Shown: positions 1-11,460 of the stretch, piece after piece
Numbering within the stretch: position 1 is the stretch's first letter
Layout: each line of letters starts with the position of its first letter
Assembly: GCF_032444005.1 (NCBI RefSeq)
Contig: NC_091287.1
Location: 55,180,001-55,244,000, forward strand
From: Ranitomeya imitator
Lineage: Eukaryota
Reading direction: 5' to 3'
Length of the DNA stretch: 64,000 bases
The notes under the pieces: generated by a model
What the model was told of the DNA's origin: nothing
Database searches by the model: none
What the model saw: only the letters and a program-made list of their open reading frames with translations
Made by a program: the position numbers and the translations under genes

Positions 1-418
1 GGGCTTGGAGCAATATTTCTTGCTTAACGTTTGATCAGTGATTGGTGGATGAGTCACAGGCAACACAAATGAAGGAGACCCAACTTGGAGACAAAACATT
101 CCCAACAATTCGGAGCACATACCACTAAAAAGTAGCATTAAATTATATATCTATATTTTTACTCACTTATATAGCGCCAATGCGGTCCATTGGTGTAAGT
201 GAGCCTAGTGCGGCACTGTTGCAAAAGCTCTAGTTTCATGTGTATTTCAAGGAACAATGACAAGATTATTGGGACATATTGAAAGCCCATGTGTCTAAGG
301 AATAATCAGTATAATTTATTTTTTCTGCCTCAAATTGCCGAATATAAACCACCATGTTATCAAGTTTACACCATTAGGATCCATTCGTAAGAAAAAGTTA
401 GAATTTGTAATTTTCTAG

Positions 419-511
419 CTTCATCAGACATGATTGCCATTTCTTGTCAATTCTTCATAAATAAGTTTGAGCTGCTCATTATGAAACTAGCAGTGAACGC
501 TGGCAGCATTT
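419..511 (+). other. Candidate host exon (unassigned)
   Basis: Acceptor tttgtaattttctag, strong donor T|GTAAGT, 93 bp, open frame xSSDMIAISCQFFINKFELLIMKLAVNAGSI; no protein recognised. Confidence 0.2.
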
Positions 512-1835
512 GTAAGTCCTGGATTGGCAGTGTTACAGTAGCAGTATTACCGCAATGCCTTCCAATGCAGAAACAATAAGGAACATTTGAATATTTTTTT
601 TTTTTTAACACTGACTGTTTGCAGTCAATGTTGGGAACAAATAATAAAAAAAACATTTTGCCACTTCTCTGTTAATAATAAGCCTCTCTGGTTTGCCTGC
701 AGGTATCAAGCTGCTTAAATCACCCATGTTAATTGCTTGGCAGAGACTACTAGACAGCTAAAAATGTAATTAAGGACAGATTAATTAAAATTCAAATACT
801 GAGATGAAATATTGAAACATTTCAGTTTTTCTCTTTGCAATCCATAGAAAAGTTCCCCGAGAAAAATCCAACTTGTAAAATTGTATTTTTAATATATAAA
901 ACTACGGTATGTTATCTTCCTCCATATTATAATTTCTAATTATTTGTAATTATTTTTCATAAGATATAAAGTCATGGGAAGATGAAAATATTTGCCACCT
1001 TTGTAAAATGTACCAAACTAGAATAGATAGCCTTGTAATTTCCTAAAGTGTTTTAAACCCTTTACTACCTTTGACATATCCATATGTCCAGATTGGTAGG
1101 TACGTAACAACGTATGACATGTGAATACGTCATATCTTTAATGTGGCACCACAACATTAAGGTGCTTGCTGATTGTCACAGCAGGGCATCTGGAGTTGTC
1201 ATCCCGAGGGGTGGCGCAGGCTGCCCCCAAGTACGATCGCTGTGATTGGCTGTTCATCTCTGAACAGCCAATCTCAGCGTTTTCAGTGTATCAGGCAATG
1301 AAATTGCCTGAAACACTGATGTACAGCCTATGATAGGTGCTATAAAGGCAGCTTCACCAGGTCCAGCTCTGAATGGTGCAATCGGATGTCTATTTGTTTA
1401 TCCCCTTTTTGCACCACGTCTGTGGGTGCATTCTACAGCTGTTGAACTACCATATATACTCGAGTATAAGCCGACCTAAGTATAAGCTGACTTCTTTAAT
1501 TTTGCCACAAAAAAGTGGGAAAACTTATTGACTCGAGTATAAGCCTAGGGTGGAAAATGCAGCAGCTACCGGTAATGTCAAAAATAAAAATAGATACCAA
1601 TAAAAGTAAAATTAATTGAGACATCAGTAGGTTAAGTGTTTTTGAATATCCATATTGAATCAGGAGCCCCATATAATGCTCCATACAGTTCATGATGGGC
1701 CCCGCAAGATGCTCCATACAAAATATGCCCCATATAATGCTCCATATTAAAATATGCCCCATATAATGCTGCAGAAAGGTTAATAATGGCCCCATGAGAT
1801 GCTCGATAGAAACATTTGCCACATACAATGCTGCA

Positions 1836-2216
1836 TAAAGGTTGATGGCCCCATAAGATGCTCCACACATTATGCCCCATAAGATGCTCCACACATTATG
1901 CCCTATAAGATGCTCCACACATTATGCCCCATAAGATGCTCTACACATTATGCCCCATGAGATGCCCCATACATTATAAGATGCTCCATATATTATGGCC
2001 CCATAAGATGCTCTACCCATTATGGCCCCATAAGATGCTCCATACATTTTGGCCCCATAAGATGCTCCATACATAATGGCCCCATAAGATGCTCCATACA
2101 TTATGGCCCCATAAGATGCTCCACACATTATGGCCCATAAGATGCTCCATACATTATGGCCCCATAAGATGCTCCATACATTATGGCCCCATAAGATGCT
2201 CCACACATTATGCCCC
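1836..2216. repeat. ~24-25 bp minisatellite (gccccataagatgctccatacattat)
   Basis: About 15 visible tandem units inside the pogo-type MITE. Confidence 0.9.
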
Positions 2217-3056
2217 ATATGCTGTTGCTGCGATTAAAAAAAAAAATCACATACTCACCTCTCTTCGCTCAGGCCCCCGGCACTTGCGATAGTCACCTTC
2301 CTCGTTCCACCGCTGCGTCATCACGCCCTCTGGCCTGAACAGTAAGTGCAGAGGATGGAAGACAGAGCAGTGCGCAGTGGTGAAACGAGGAAGGTGACTA
2401 TCACGCAATGCTCACCACCCCCATCATACTCACCTGCTCCCGGCATGGTCTCTGGCAGCATCTCACTGTCAAATGCTCTCCGGGAGCCAGCGGCATCTTC
2501 CTATGTTCAGCGGTCACGTACCGCTCTTTACAGTAATGAATATGCATCCATATTCATTACTTTAATGAGCGGTACCACAAGACCGCTGAACACAGGAAGA
2601 ACTGCCCAGAGACCATCGGATATGCAGGGACCGCGCCAAGAGCAGGTGAGTATGTCACAGCGCCAGGGCCGGACTGGCCATCAGGCACTTCTGGCAAATG
2701 ACAGAAGGGCCGATGCCAGGAGTGGGCTGCTGCTGCTATCAGCGGCGCCAGGGTCGACTCCTCCAGCTAGCGCCGACTCACTCCCCCCGCATTCAACTAT
2801 ACCGGTGTCTATGACTCCAGTACAGTTGAATGCAATGATGGAGGAGAGCACATCCGCTGTCGCTCCCTCTCCCATCATTCTCCTCTCTGCCTCACTCTGA
2901 CACTGCAAGTGCACGATGACATCATATCATCGTGCACCTTCTGTGTGGCCGGGCAGACTGCAGCTACTACGACCGGAGCCAGGAGCAGCACGGGGCACGA
3001 GGCGAGGTGAGGAGAGTGTTTTTTATAATATATCAATGAGTGATAACTGGATTGTG

Positions 3057-4500
3057 GGGCAATTAGGGGGCTGTATTGCATTCTATGGGGGCTGTGCTGT
3101 ATTACATTCTATGGGGGGGCATTATTACATTCTTTGGTCCTGACTGTATTACATTCTATGGGGGCTGTGCTGTATTACATTCTATGAGGGCTGGCTGAAT
3201 TACATTCCATGGGGGCTGGCTGCATTACATTCTATGGGGGGGCTGTATTACATTCTATGGAGGCTGAGCTGTTTTACAGTTTTTGGGGAAGGGCTATATT
3301 ACATTCTATGGGGGCTGTACTGTTTTACATTCTATTGGGGGGCTGCATTACATTCTATGGGGGATGGCTGCATTACATTCTATGGGGGCTGGCTGCATTA
3401 CATTCTATGGGGGCTGGCGGCATTACATTCTATGGGGGCTGTGCTGTATTACATTCTATGGGGGCTGGGTTGTATTACATTCTATGGGGGCTGTGCTGTA
3501 TTACATTCTATGGGGGCTGTATTACATTCTATGGGGGCTACATTATATTCCATGGGAGTTGTATTATATTCTGTGGGGAGGTGGGCTGTATTACGTTTTA
3601 TGGGGTGCTGTATTATATTCTACGGGGGCTGTATTATATTCTATGGGGGGCTGTATTACATTCTATGGGGGGCTGTATTACATTATCTGGGGGCTACATT
3701 ATATTCTATGGGGGGCTGTATTATATTCTATGAGGGGTGATTGCATCATACTCTATGAGGGGGCAACATTATATTCTATGGGGAGCTGCATTATACTCTA
3801 TGAGGAGGGCTGCATTGTATTCTATGGAGGGGCTACATTATATTCTATTGGAGGGTGCATTATGCTCTATGAGGGGGCTACCATATATATGCAGGGGCTG
3901 CATTATACTATATGAGGGGGCTGCATTACATTCTCTGGGGGGGTTACATTATATTTGGGGGGCTACAATATATTCTGTGGGGTGGCTGCATTATACTCTG
4001 GTGTGGTATCATTATACTATATGTGGGCTGCATTATACTGTATCGAAAACTATGGGGAATACATTATACTATTTGAAGAACTATAGGGTGCATTATACTA
4101 TGGGAAGTGAATTGTACTACATGGATGACAATGGTGGTGCATTATACTATATGGAACACTATGAGGAGTGTATTATACTATTTGGAGGACTGTGGCAGTA
4201 CATTATACTATATGGAGGACTGAGGAGTGTATTATACTATATGGAGGACTGAGCAGTGTATTTTAATATATGGAGGACTATGAGGAGTGTTTTATACTAT
4301 ATGGAGGACTGAGGAGTGTATTATACTATATGGAGGACTGAGGAGTGTATTATACTACATGGAGGACTGAGGAGTGTATTATACTATATGAAGAACTGAG
4401 GAGTGTATTATACTAAATGGAGAACTGAGGAGTGTATTATACTATATGGAGGACTGAGGTGCACATTATAATATATGGAGGACTATGGGGTGTATTATAC
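3057..4500. repeat. ~23-25 bp minisatellite (gggggctgtattacattctat, grading into atggaggactgaggagtgtattatact)
   Basis: Dozens of degenerate tandem units; same array family recurs at 25900-28584 and 30473-30640. Confidence 0.9.
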
Positions 4501-5772
4501 TAAACAAGCAAAATGCTGCCTATTCATCAAGTGATTGTATTGTTTATGTGGGAATAGAAATCCTTGTTCTCAACAGCACATCGCTGGTGTAAACTGTAGA
4601 TGTGCTGCTGATAACATGATACTGTATGGGGACAGATTGATCTTATTGTGATTGTTCTGTCCCCATCATTCTTTCTCAGTTGGTGTAAAGAGGCCGGGAA
4701 ACAAACAACTTCAGTATTGTCGATCACACTCGTTTAGCGGCCTGAGATCAGTGCATGTAAATACAGCAGAAATGCTTCACAGGGAGACCAGGCAAGGATG
4801 ATGATAGTTGTAGTTATCACCCTACGCCTGGGAATAGCGCTAACTCTACTGCTTTTCCCAGCCGCCAGAGCATTTAATTCTGGTATGTGTAATGATTTTT
4901 AGGGTTGATGTCAGCTGTGTAATGTCAGCTGTTATCAATCCCTGGTGCAAGTAATGGAGAGGTGTCTATCAGACACCCCCACTACTAGCTCAGACCAGGC
5001 GAGACCCAGCGACTCTGAAGAGCGGTGACGGTAGTATCAATACCACTCTTCGCAGCCACCGAGCTCAGCGCAAGACCCGGAATATCTGAAGAGCGGTGAC
5101 GTTACTGATGTCACTGCTTTTCAGAGTCACCGGGTCTCGTGCTGCGCAGCGGAACCAAAAGTGGCTGTAGGTAAAGTTTATGGAGCATCAGAATGAGGTT
5201 CCATAGCCTTCGGTCGTCTCATCCCTTCATTATCTACAAGATCCAGTTATGTAGGTAAAGTATAATAGAAAAAGACGAAATTTAAATATTTAACAAATTT
5301 CTCTACCATGCTCACAGCCCTAGTGGGGGAGCCTCACGGAAAGAACCACAATTACCAATTGGACACTCCACAATACAGGAATAACCATCAAAAATCGGAG
5401 TAAATGTCCATAGATATTCATTAGATTTTTATTAAATTATCAAAAAATACAGCTACAAAATATAAATATTAACAGATCAATACATCAATCTAAGACAGCA
5501 AAATGAGGGATGATGGTAGCAAAAAGATGGAAAGACACAGCGTGTATATACCTAATGCCAAAATACTTTCCTAAAGTGCATAGTGCAACTACTAAATGGG
5601 CCAGGGTCAAAGCACTGGAAGGTTAACAACGTGAGTCATAACAATAGCTTAATCAGGTACGCAGAGCCATGCGCATTGGCTCAAAGACCCTCTAATAAAA
5701 GTAAATTAATACATATAAATGTGCTCAAATGACCTTACCCAGATACTGGCAATTAGGACGCTCCACGCTGTG

Positions 5773-5810
5773 GCCCCAACGCGCGTTTCGCGTCAGCTTC
5801 GTCAGGGGGC
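5773..5810 (-). ncRNA. Minimal type I hammerhead ribozyme (PLE-associated)
   Basis: Reverse complement reads GCCCC-CTGACGA-A-GC(TGAC)GC-GAAA-CGCGCG-TT-GGGGC: catalytic core, 5-bp stem I, palindromic stem III. Confidence 0.8.
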
Positions 5811-6843
5811 GGTACTGCTACATGCCCTACGTGTGTCTTATAAAGGTCGCTCTAATTATCTACATTGAGCCCACATGTATAGGCGCATGTCGCTCCCGTC
5901 CGGCAGGGAAATACATCCCGGGCGGCCCCCAAACATGGCGCCGCGGTCAATTCCGCCGGAAGTGGCGTCATTGGACCGCACGCGTTATAAACCGCCGCCG
6001 CCCACAATGTCCCACAATCCAGACGCAAGCGGACATGCGCACTGTGGGCCAAGGCATCTGAACTGTCGGTCATATCGTCATGGAGACAAAAACAGGGAAG
6101 GAGGGAAGGGGGGCGGTGTCAGCGAGCTCCACAAATACAGCGCCAGCCACTATACTATGGATACGAAGGTTAAGCCGCTGAGGGGACTCACTTCCAAATT
6201 GTGCCATAAAGTGTAAAGAAAGTGGAATATCCCATACTGTTGCAGTGACAAACATAGAAGACATAACAACAAAAAATATGCAACAATACAATACTTGTAT
6301 ATCTCTACGCAGTGATAAATATATCATAAAGAAAACAATGGGAAAAATAAACTGAAAATATACATAAGACCGCTAAAGCCATAGTCAGTAAATATGTGAC
6401 GCACCATTCTAGCAAGAATTTTTAAATGTTTGTTATATCTAAGCTTAATAAAGTGGCAGTATCTCTCAAAACTCTCAATCAATATGAGGCATAAAAAGTG
6501 AACACACCCATGAAGTTACATATAAACATGCATATTAACAATATAATAATAAAATGCTTAATATGAAGAATAAGGGATATAATGATCTGTCTCCTTTTCT
6601 CCATAGTTGCTGTCCATTCGAAAACACCACCACGGAGACCACAGGACGACCGAAGACACCGCATCCCAAAAGATACGCCTCACCGTGACAATATAGTCCC
6701 GACTCGACCGAGGAACCAGCCCCATTGGTAAGTACAATTCGAGCGACATACTAATATAAATGCAAAGAAAAAGAAAAATTAGTAAAACACAAAAACACAA
6801 AGCAACACCAAAATAAAAACGGATTAAAAACTGAAGACATGTA

Positions 6844-7013
6844 CTACAAATAGGAACTAAAACTCAGTTGTTCATTGAGACCCGCTGGAGCAAGCGTATT
6901 CAATATAGTAATCCAGCGGCATTCTCTTTGAGCCAATTTCCGTTTGGCATCACCACCTCTGATTCCCATATGAATTTTTTCGATTCCCCATACTTGGAGT
7001 TCTTTAGGATTGT
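6844..7013 (-). pseudogene. C-terminal remnant of PLE GIY-YIG endonuclease
   Basis: HNPKELQVWGIEKIHMGIRGGDAKRKLAQRECRWITILNTLAPAGLNEQLSFSSYL*, clearly homologous to the C-terminus of ORF 19920-20570 (GIRGGDIKRLLAQKECRWI...GLNE). Confidence 0.85.
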
Positions 7014-7979
7014 AAAGAGAATGCCGCTGGATTACTATATTGAATACGCTTGCTCCAGCGGGTCTCAATGAACAACTGAGTTTTAGTTCCTTTTTGTAGT
7101 ACATGTCTTCGGTTTTTAATCCGTTTTTATTTTGGTGTTGCTTTGTGTTTTTGTGTTTTACTAATTTTTCTTTTTCTTTGCATTTATATTAGTATGTCGC
7201 TCGAATTGTACTTACCAATGGGGCTGGTTCCTCGGTCGAGTCGGGACTATATTGTCATGGTGAGGCGTATCTTTTGGGATGCGGTGTCTTCGGTCGTCCT
7301 GTGGTCTCCGTGGTGGTGTTTTCGAATGGACAGCAACTATGGAGAAAAGGAGACAGATCATTATATCCCTTATTCTTCATATTAAGCATTTTATTATTAT
7401 ATTGTTAATATGCATGTTTATATGTAACTTCATGGGTGTGTTCACTTTTTATGTCTCATATTGATTGAGAGTTTTGAGAGATACTGCCACTTTATTAAGC
7501 TTAGATATAACAAACATTTAAAAATTCTTGCTAGAATGGTGCGTCACATATTTACTGACTATGGCTTTAGCGGTCTTATGTATATTTTCAGTTTCTTTTT
7601 CCCATTGTTTTCTTTATGATATATTTATCACTGCGTAGAGATATACAAGTATTGTATTGTTGCATATTTTTTGTTGTTATGTCTTCTATGTTTGTCACTG
7701 CAACAGTATGGGATATTCCACTTTCTTTACACTTTATGGCACAATTTGGAAGTGAGTCCCCTCAGCGGCTTAACCTTCGTATCCATAGTATAGTGGCTGG
7801 CGCTGTATTTGTGGAGCTCGCTGACACCGCCCCCCTTCCCTCCTTCCCTGTTTTTGTCTCCATGACGATATGACCGACAGTTCAGATGCCTTGGCCCACA
7901 GTGCGCATGTCCGCTTGCGTCTGGATTGTGGGACATTGTGGGCGGCGCCGGTTTATGACGCGTGCGGTCCAATGACGCC

Positions 7980-8012
7980 ACTTCCGGCGGAATTGTCCGC
8001 GGCGCCATGTTT
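7980..8012 (+). promoter_or_regulatory. ETS-like (ACTTCCGG) and YY1-like (CGCCATGTTT) motifs in a CpG-rich pLTR segment upstream of the hammerhead
   Basis: Motif match only; mirrored at ~5931-5963 on the minus strand. Confidence 0.35.
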
Positions 8013-8132
8013 GGGGGCCGCCCGGGATGTATTTCCCTGCCGGACGGGAGCGACATGCGCCGATACATGTGGGCTCAATGTAGATAATTAGAGTGGCCTT
8101 AATAAGACACACGTAGGACATGTAGCAGTACC

Positions 8133-8170
8133 GCCCCCTGACGAAGCTGACGCGAAACGCGCGTTGGGGC
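8133..8170 (+). ncRNA. Minimal type I hammerhead ribozyme (second copy, inverted arm)
   Basis: GCCCC(8133-37) CTGACGA(8138-44) A GCTGACGC GAAA(8154-57) CGCGCG TT GGGGC; predicted cleavage after 8165. Confidence 0.8.
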
Positions 8171-9553
8171 CACAGCGTGGAGCGTCCTAATTGCCAGTAT
8201 CTGGGTAAGGTCATTTGAGCACATTTATATGTATTAATTTACTTTTATTAGAGGGTCTTTGAGCCAATGCGCATGGCTCTGCGTACCTGATTAAGCTATT
8301 GTTATGACTCACGTTCCAGTGCTTTGACCCTGGCCCATTTAGTAGTTGCACTATGCACTTTAGGAAAGTATTTTGGCATTAGGTATATCCACGCTGTGTC
8401 TTTCCATCTTTTTGCTACCATCATCCCTCATTTTGCTGTCTTAGATTGATGTATTGATCTGTTAATATTTATATTTTGTAGCTGTATTTTTTGATAATTT
8501 AATAAAAATCTAATGAATATCTATGGACATTTACTCCGATTTTTGATGGTTATTCTTTTATTTATGTAGGTAAAGTAGAGGCTTTTCTTGGTACTGCAAC
8601 TGAAAGCAAAAATAGGACTTAACTGTAATGCTGCATAGAGCTGTAATTATATGTTGTATAGTCATGGTACACTCCCCTCACTTCTTGTAACCTACAAGTG
8701 TACAAAGATATTATACAGTCACCATGTGATAAGTGGGCCTGTGTAACTTGAAATGCCAGGGCTGAATTTTAGTCCCATTCCGGCCCTGCACAGCACAGCT
8801 TCCCCTCCCCCGCTGACACCCCCTTCCCCACCGACAATGACTCGAGTATAAGCTAAGAGGGTCACTTTCAGCCCCAAAAAGTGGGCTGAAAATCTCGGCT
8901 TATACTAGAGTATATACAGTAATTTATATTAGTTGATAGGGCTAGATTAGGGACAGTAGAAATATACCTCAGTAATCAGCTTATACTATAGCATTTTTAC
9001 AAAATTTAGTCAGGATTAGTATCAGATAGTAAAAAGTAAAAAAGCAAAAAAAAAATTTAGATTAGTTGATGGGACTTGATTAGGGACAGGGAAAATATAC
9101 TGTAGTACTTGTCGTCTACTACAATATTTTTTATTGAATTTAGTCAGGGTTACTGTTGGATAGCAAACTGGAAAGAAAGAATAACATTCAAGTGTGTGTC
9201 TTACAGCCGTCGAGTGCGCCTTACATTATTGATCGGCCTCAGGTTGTTGGGGTTTTTTTGTGTGAAAAAAGAATTTAAAAAAATGTAGATTAGTTAATAG
9301 GACTAGGTTAGCGACAGTAAAAAAATACTGTAGTAATCGGAGTCTACTACAGCATTTTTTACTGAATACAGTAAGGGTGACTCTTAGATAGTCGAGATAT
9401 TTGCAGTCGCTCAGTAATTTTATTATCTGACGTCCGTTTAGTAAGTTTGTTTTTTATTTTACCAAATTTTTACATTCTTTTTATTTTACTTTCAATTTTT
9501 CATTTTAGATTTTATTCTTTCTGATTTATTCTCTCCTAAATAAAAAGGTTTAC

Positions 9554-9811
9554 ACCAAACAATAGTACACTATTCCACGTACGGACCAAGGTTTTATTCC
9601 CATTCACCACCATCTACTAACTGTCAAAACACCTATGCCATGATGGCAATATCCTCAGCAAACTCTCGATGGTTCCCGTGAATAGTCCCTCGCCCCGTAC
9701 ATATTACCTGCTGAAGATCTTCACTAGAACGTGTTCAGCCTGGTGGCGTGCTGTTACCGCATACCCAAGGTAAAACCTTGGTCCGTACTTGGAATAGTGT
9801 ACTATTTTGGT
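9554..9811. repeat. ~36-43 bp inverted repeat around a ~175-bp spacer, unclassified
   Basis: aatagtacactattccacgtacggaccaaggtttta (9561-9596) / taaaaccttggtccgtacttggaatagtgtactatt (9771-9806), one mismatch. Confidence 0.7.
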
Positions 9812-10650
9812 CTACCAGTTGTAGCGCTGTGCATTAGATCTAAAGCTGCAGCAATTTAGCAACGCTTACTAACACCTGTCTCCATACTTGAAGGTATAAT
9901 TTTCGTCCAGTTTTATCATTTAGTTTATAAAACAGATATATGCAGCGCTATAACTGGATGGACTTGGTATAGTCACACCCCTAGATTCAGCTGATTTGTG
10001 CATTTAATGAGTACTTCACTCGTGCTGACCGCTTTTTCTGGTTGTATAGAGGCACCTTGTCTGTTATGTTTTTGTATATATGTACGTTGTGCATTTTAAT
10101 CTATATGTAATAAAATATGTTCATTTTATGAATATTTTTGTGGCACTTCCTGGACCATAGTATATGCATCTGTGTTCCTGGTGGTTTCTAATGTTATATA
10201 AAATGTCAATATTACAGGCTTACACAAGCAAAAGTCTGTTTTCTTGACCAACACATGAATTCAAAGTTTAGCATAGTGATAACAGTCTATTCTTCTTGGT
10301 TTGATAAAAATAGTCGTCTGGTTAATTAAGATACAATGTTGTGTCTACACAGGTATGGTTGAGTTTGATGGCAAATTATGTTCAGAGAAGTAGACAAAAG
10401 GCTAAATATAAAAATCACTTTGATTAGGGCTGCCCTAAACAGATGTGTTATTACGGAGTTCCTAAAAATGTGGAAGTTGTGGTTAGTCTTAATTTCATGG
10501 GATAGAAAGAGTAAGATGGGAGTTATCTTGCTAGGAGATTGAACAATGCTGGACAAAGACCAGATGAGGGATGTTATCGTCTTTGTGTGTCTCAGATGTT
10601 GAAAGTTGCGAGAGGCCACGAGAAGTGGGTAGAGAAAGAAGCTCGGAGTG

Positions 10651-10925
10651 GGATAGCTAAACTACTATACACCAGAAGATGGAGAACTAAACTACTAGAC
10701 AACACAGCTTAGTGAAATAAACTATTAAGTACCTAAATTTGGATAACTAAACCACTATACACCAGAAGATGAAGAAAAAAGAACTAAACTTCCAAAGTTG
10801 TATAACTAAAACAAAAACACACCAGAAGATGGAGAACTAAACTACTAGACAGCAGGGTTTGGAGAACTAAACCACTAAACACCTAGTTTTGGAGAACTAA
10901 ACCACTACACACCAAGAGATGGTAA
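10651..10925. repeat. Degenerate tandem repeat (ggagaactaaaccactatacaccagaagat-like)
   Basis: Motif aactaaac(c/t)act recurs about 8 times at 30-50 bp spacing. Confidence 0.7.
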
Positions 10926-11415
10926 ATTAAGACACTAGAATCCAAGGTGTCACTAGACAGAAAATCTTTTTCCCATGCAGGGTTTTAAAAGAGAATGTAT
11001 AATCAGAAAATTATTAATTGTTTAAATCAAGTTTTTCTGTTAAGTGTAAAACTAAAGAAAATCTTGCTATTTTCAAACCGACACCTGAGAATTTTTTAGA
11101 TTTTAACTTCCATTTTTTTTAAAGGAAAGTAACTTGTATATTAGCAGCAATGAACAGACTCAGACCATATATTTTCCATTGAAGCATTTAATGAGTGTGT
11201 GCAAAGGTCATTGTGAAGAGAAGAGGAGCCTAGGCATCTGTGACATCACTTACTGAGATACGTGAATCCTGTATTATCAGCTGTTTTTTGGGATATTATC
11301 AGTCTTTTACCCTGCCTCTGTTGATAACAAAACTTCTGTAAACCCTTTATGAAAAGGAAGGATGGGTCTACAGTAAAAGAGCCCCAGTGGCCAATGTAAA
11401 AATTGCAATATTACT

Positions 11416-11421
<6 letters not shown>

Positions 11422-11459
<38 letters not shown>
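11422..11459. repeat. (TA)n microsatellite
   Basis: Direct reading. Confidence 0.95.

Positions 11460-11460
<1 letters not shown>

Larger units (their letters stand above)
5263..8561 (-). mobile_element. Penelope-like element, 5'-truncated, with inverted pseudo-LTR (giant palindrome)
   Basis: 16-bp TSD TTATGTAGGTAAAGTA (5247-5262, 8562-8577); inverted arms 5379-6929 and 7014-8555; GIY-YIG C-terminal peptide at the centre; hammerhead motif in each arm. Confidence 0.9.
2664..8788. mobile_element. hAT-type non-autonomous element
   Basis: Termini CAGGGCCGGACTGG ... CCATTCCGGCCCTG; 8-bp TSD CACAGCGC/CACAGCAC (7/8 match). Confidence 0.75.
1450..8919. mobile_element. Tc1/mariner (pogo/Tigger-type) non-autonomous element with nested insertions
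   Basis: TIRs CCATATATACTCGAGTATAAGCCGA / TCGGCTTATACTAGAGTATATACAG, flanked by TA on both sides. Confidence 0.75.
1057..9548. mobile_element. Degenerate TTAA-flanked (piggyBac-like) MITE shell, split by the insertions at 1450-8919
   Basis: Left end ttaa-accctttactacc resembles the TTAA-CCCCTT termini seen elsewhere in the window; right part 8922-9548 has degenerate repeated units (tagttgatagggctagattagggacag at ~8931, 9064, 9290) and ends aaaggttta. Confidence 0.35.

Noticed and set aside
1496-4252. Long ORFs with YYILWG / LHSMG / CITFYGG repeats (also 25880-28184)
   Set aside because: Translations of 23-25 bp minisatellites, open in several frames at once; no evidence of coding
1836-4500. 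CRISPR-like regular repeats
   Set aside because: No unique spacers, degenerate head-to-tail units, eukaryotic context, no cas genes
5729-8214. Mirror-image ORF pairs on both strands
   Set aside because: A by-product of the palindrome; pLTR/UTR sequence with no recognisable domains
9707-9740. Possible fourth hammerhead (CTGCTGA..GAAC..GTGTTC)
   Set aside because: Core boxes mutated (CUGCUGA, GAAC) and no stem I pairing
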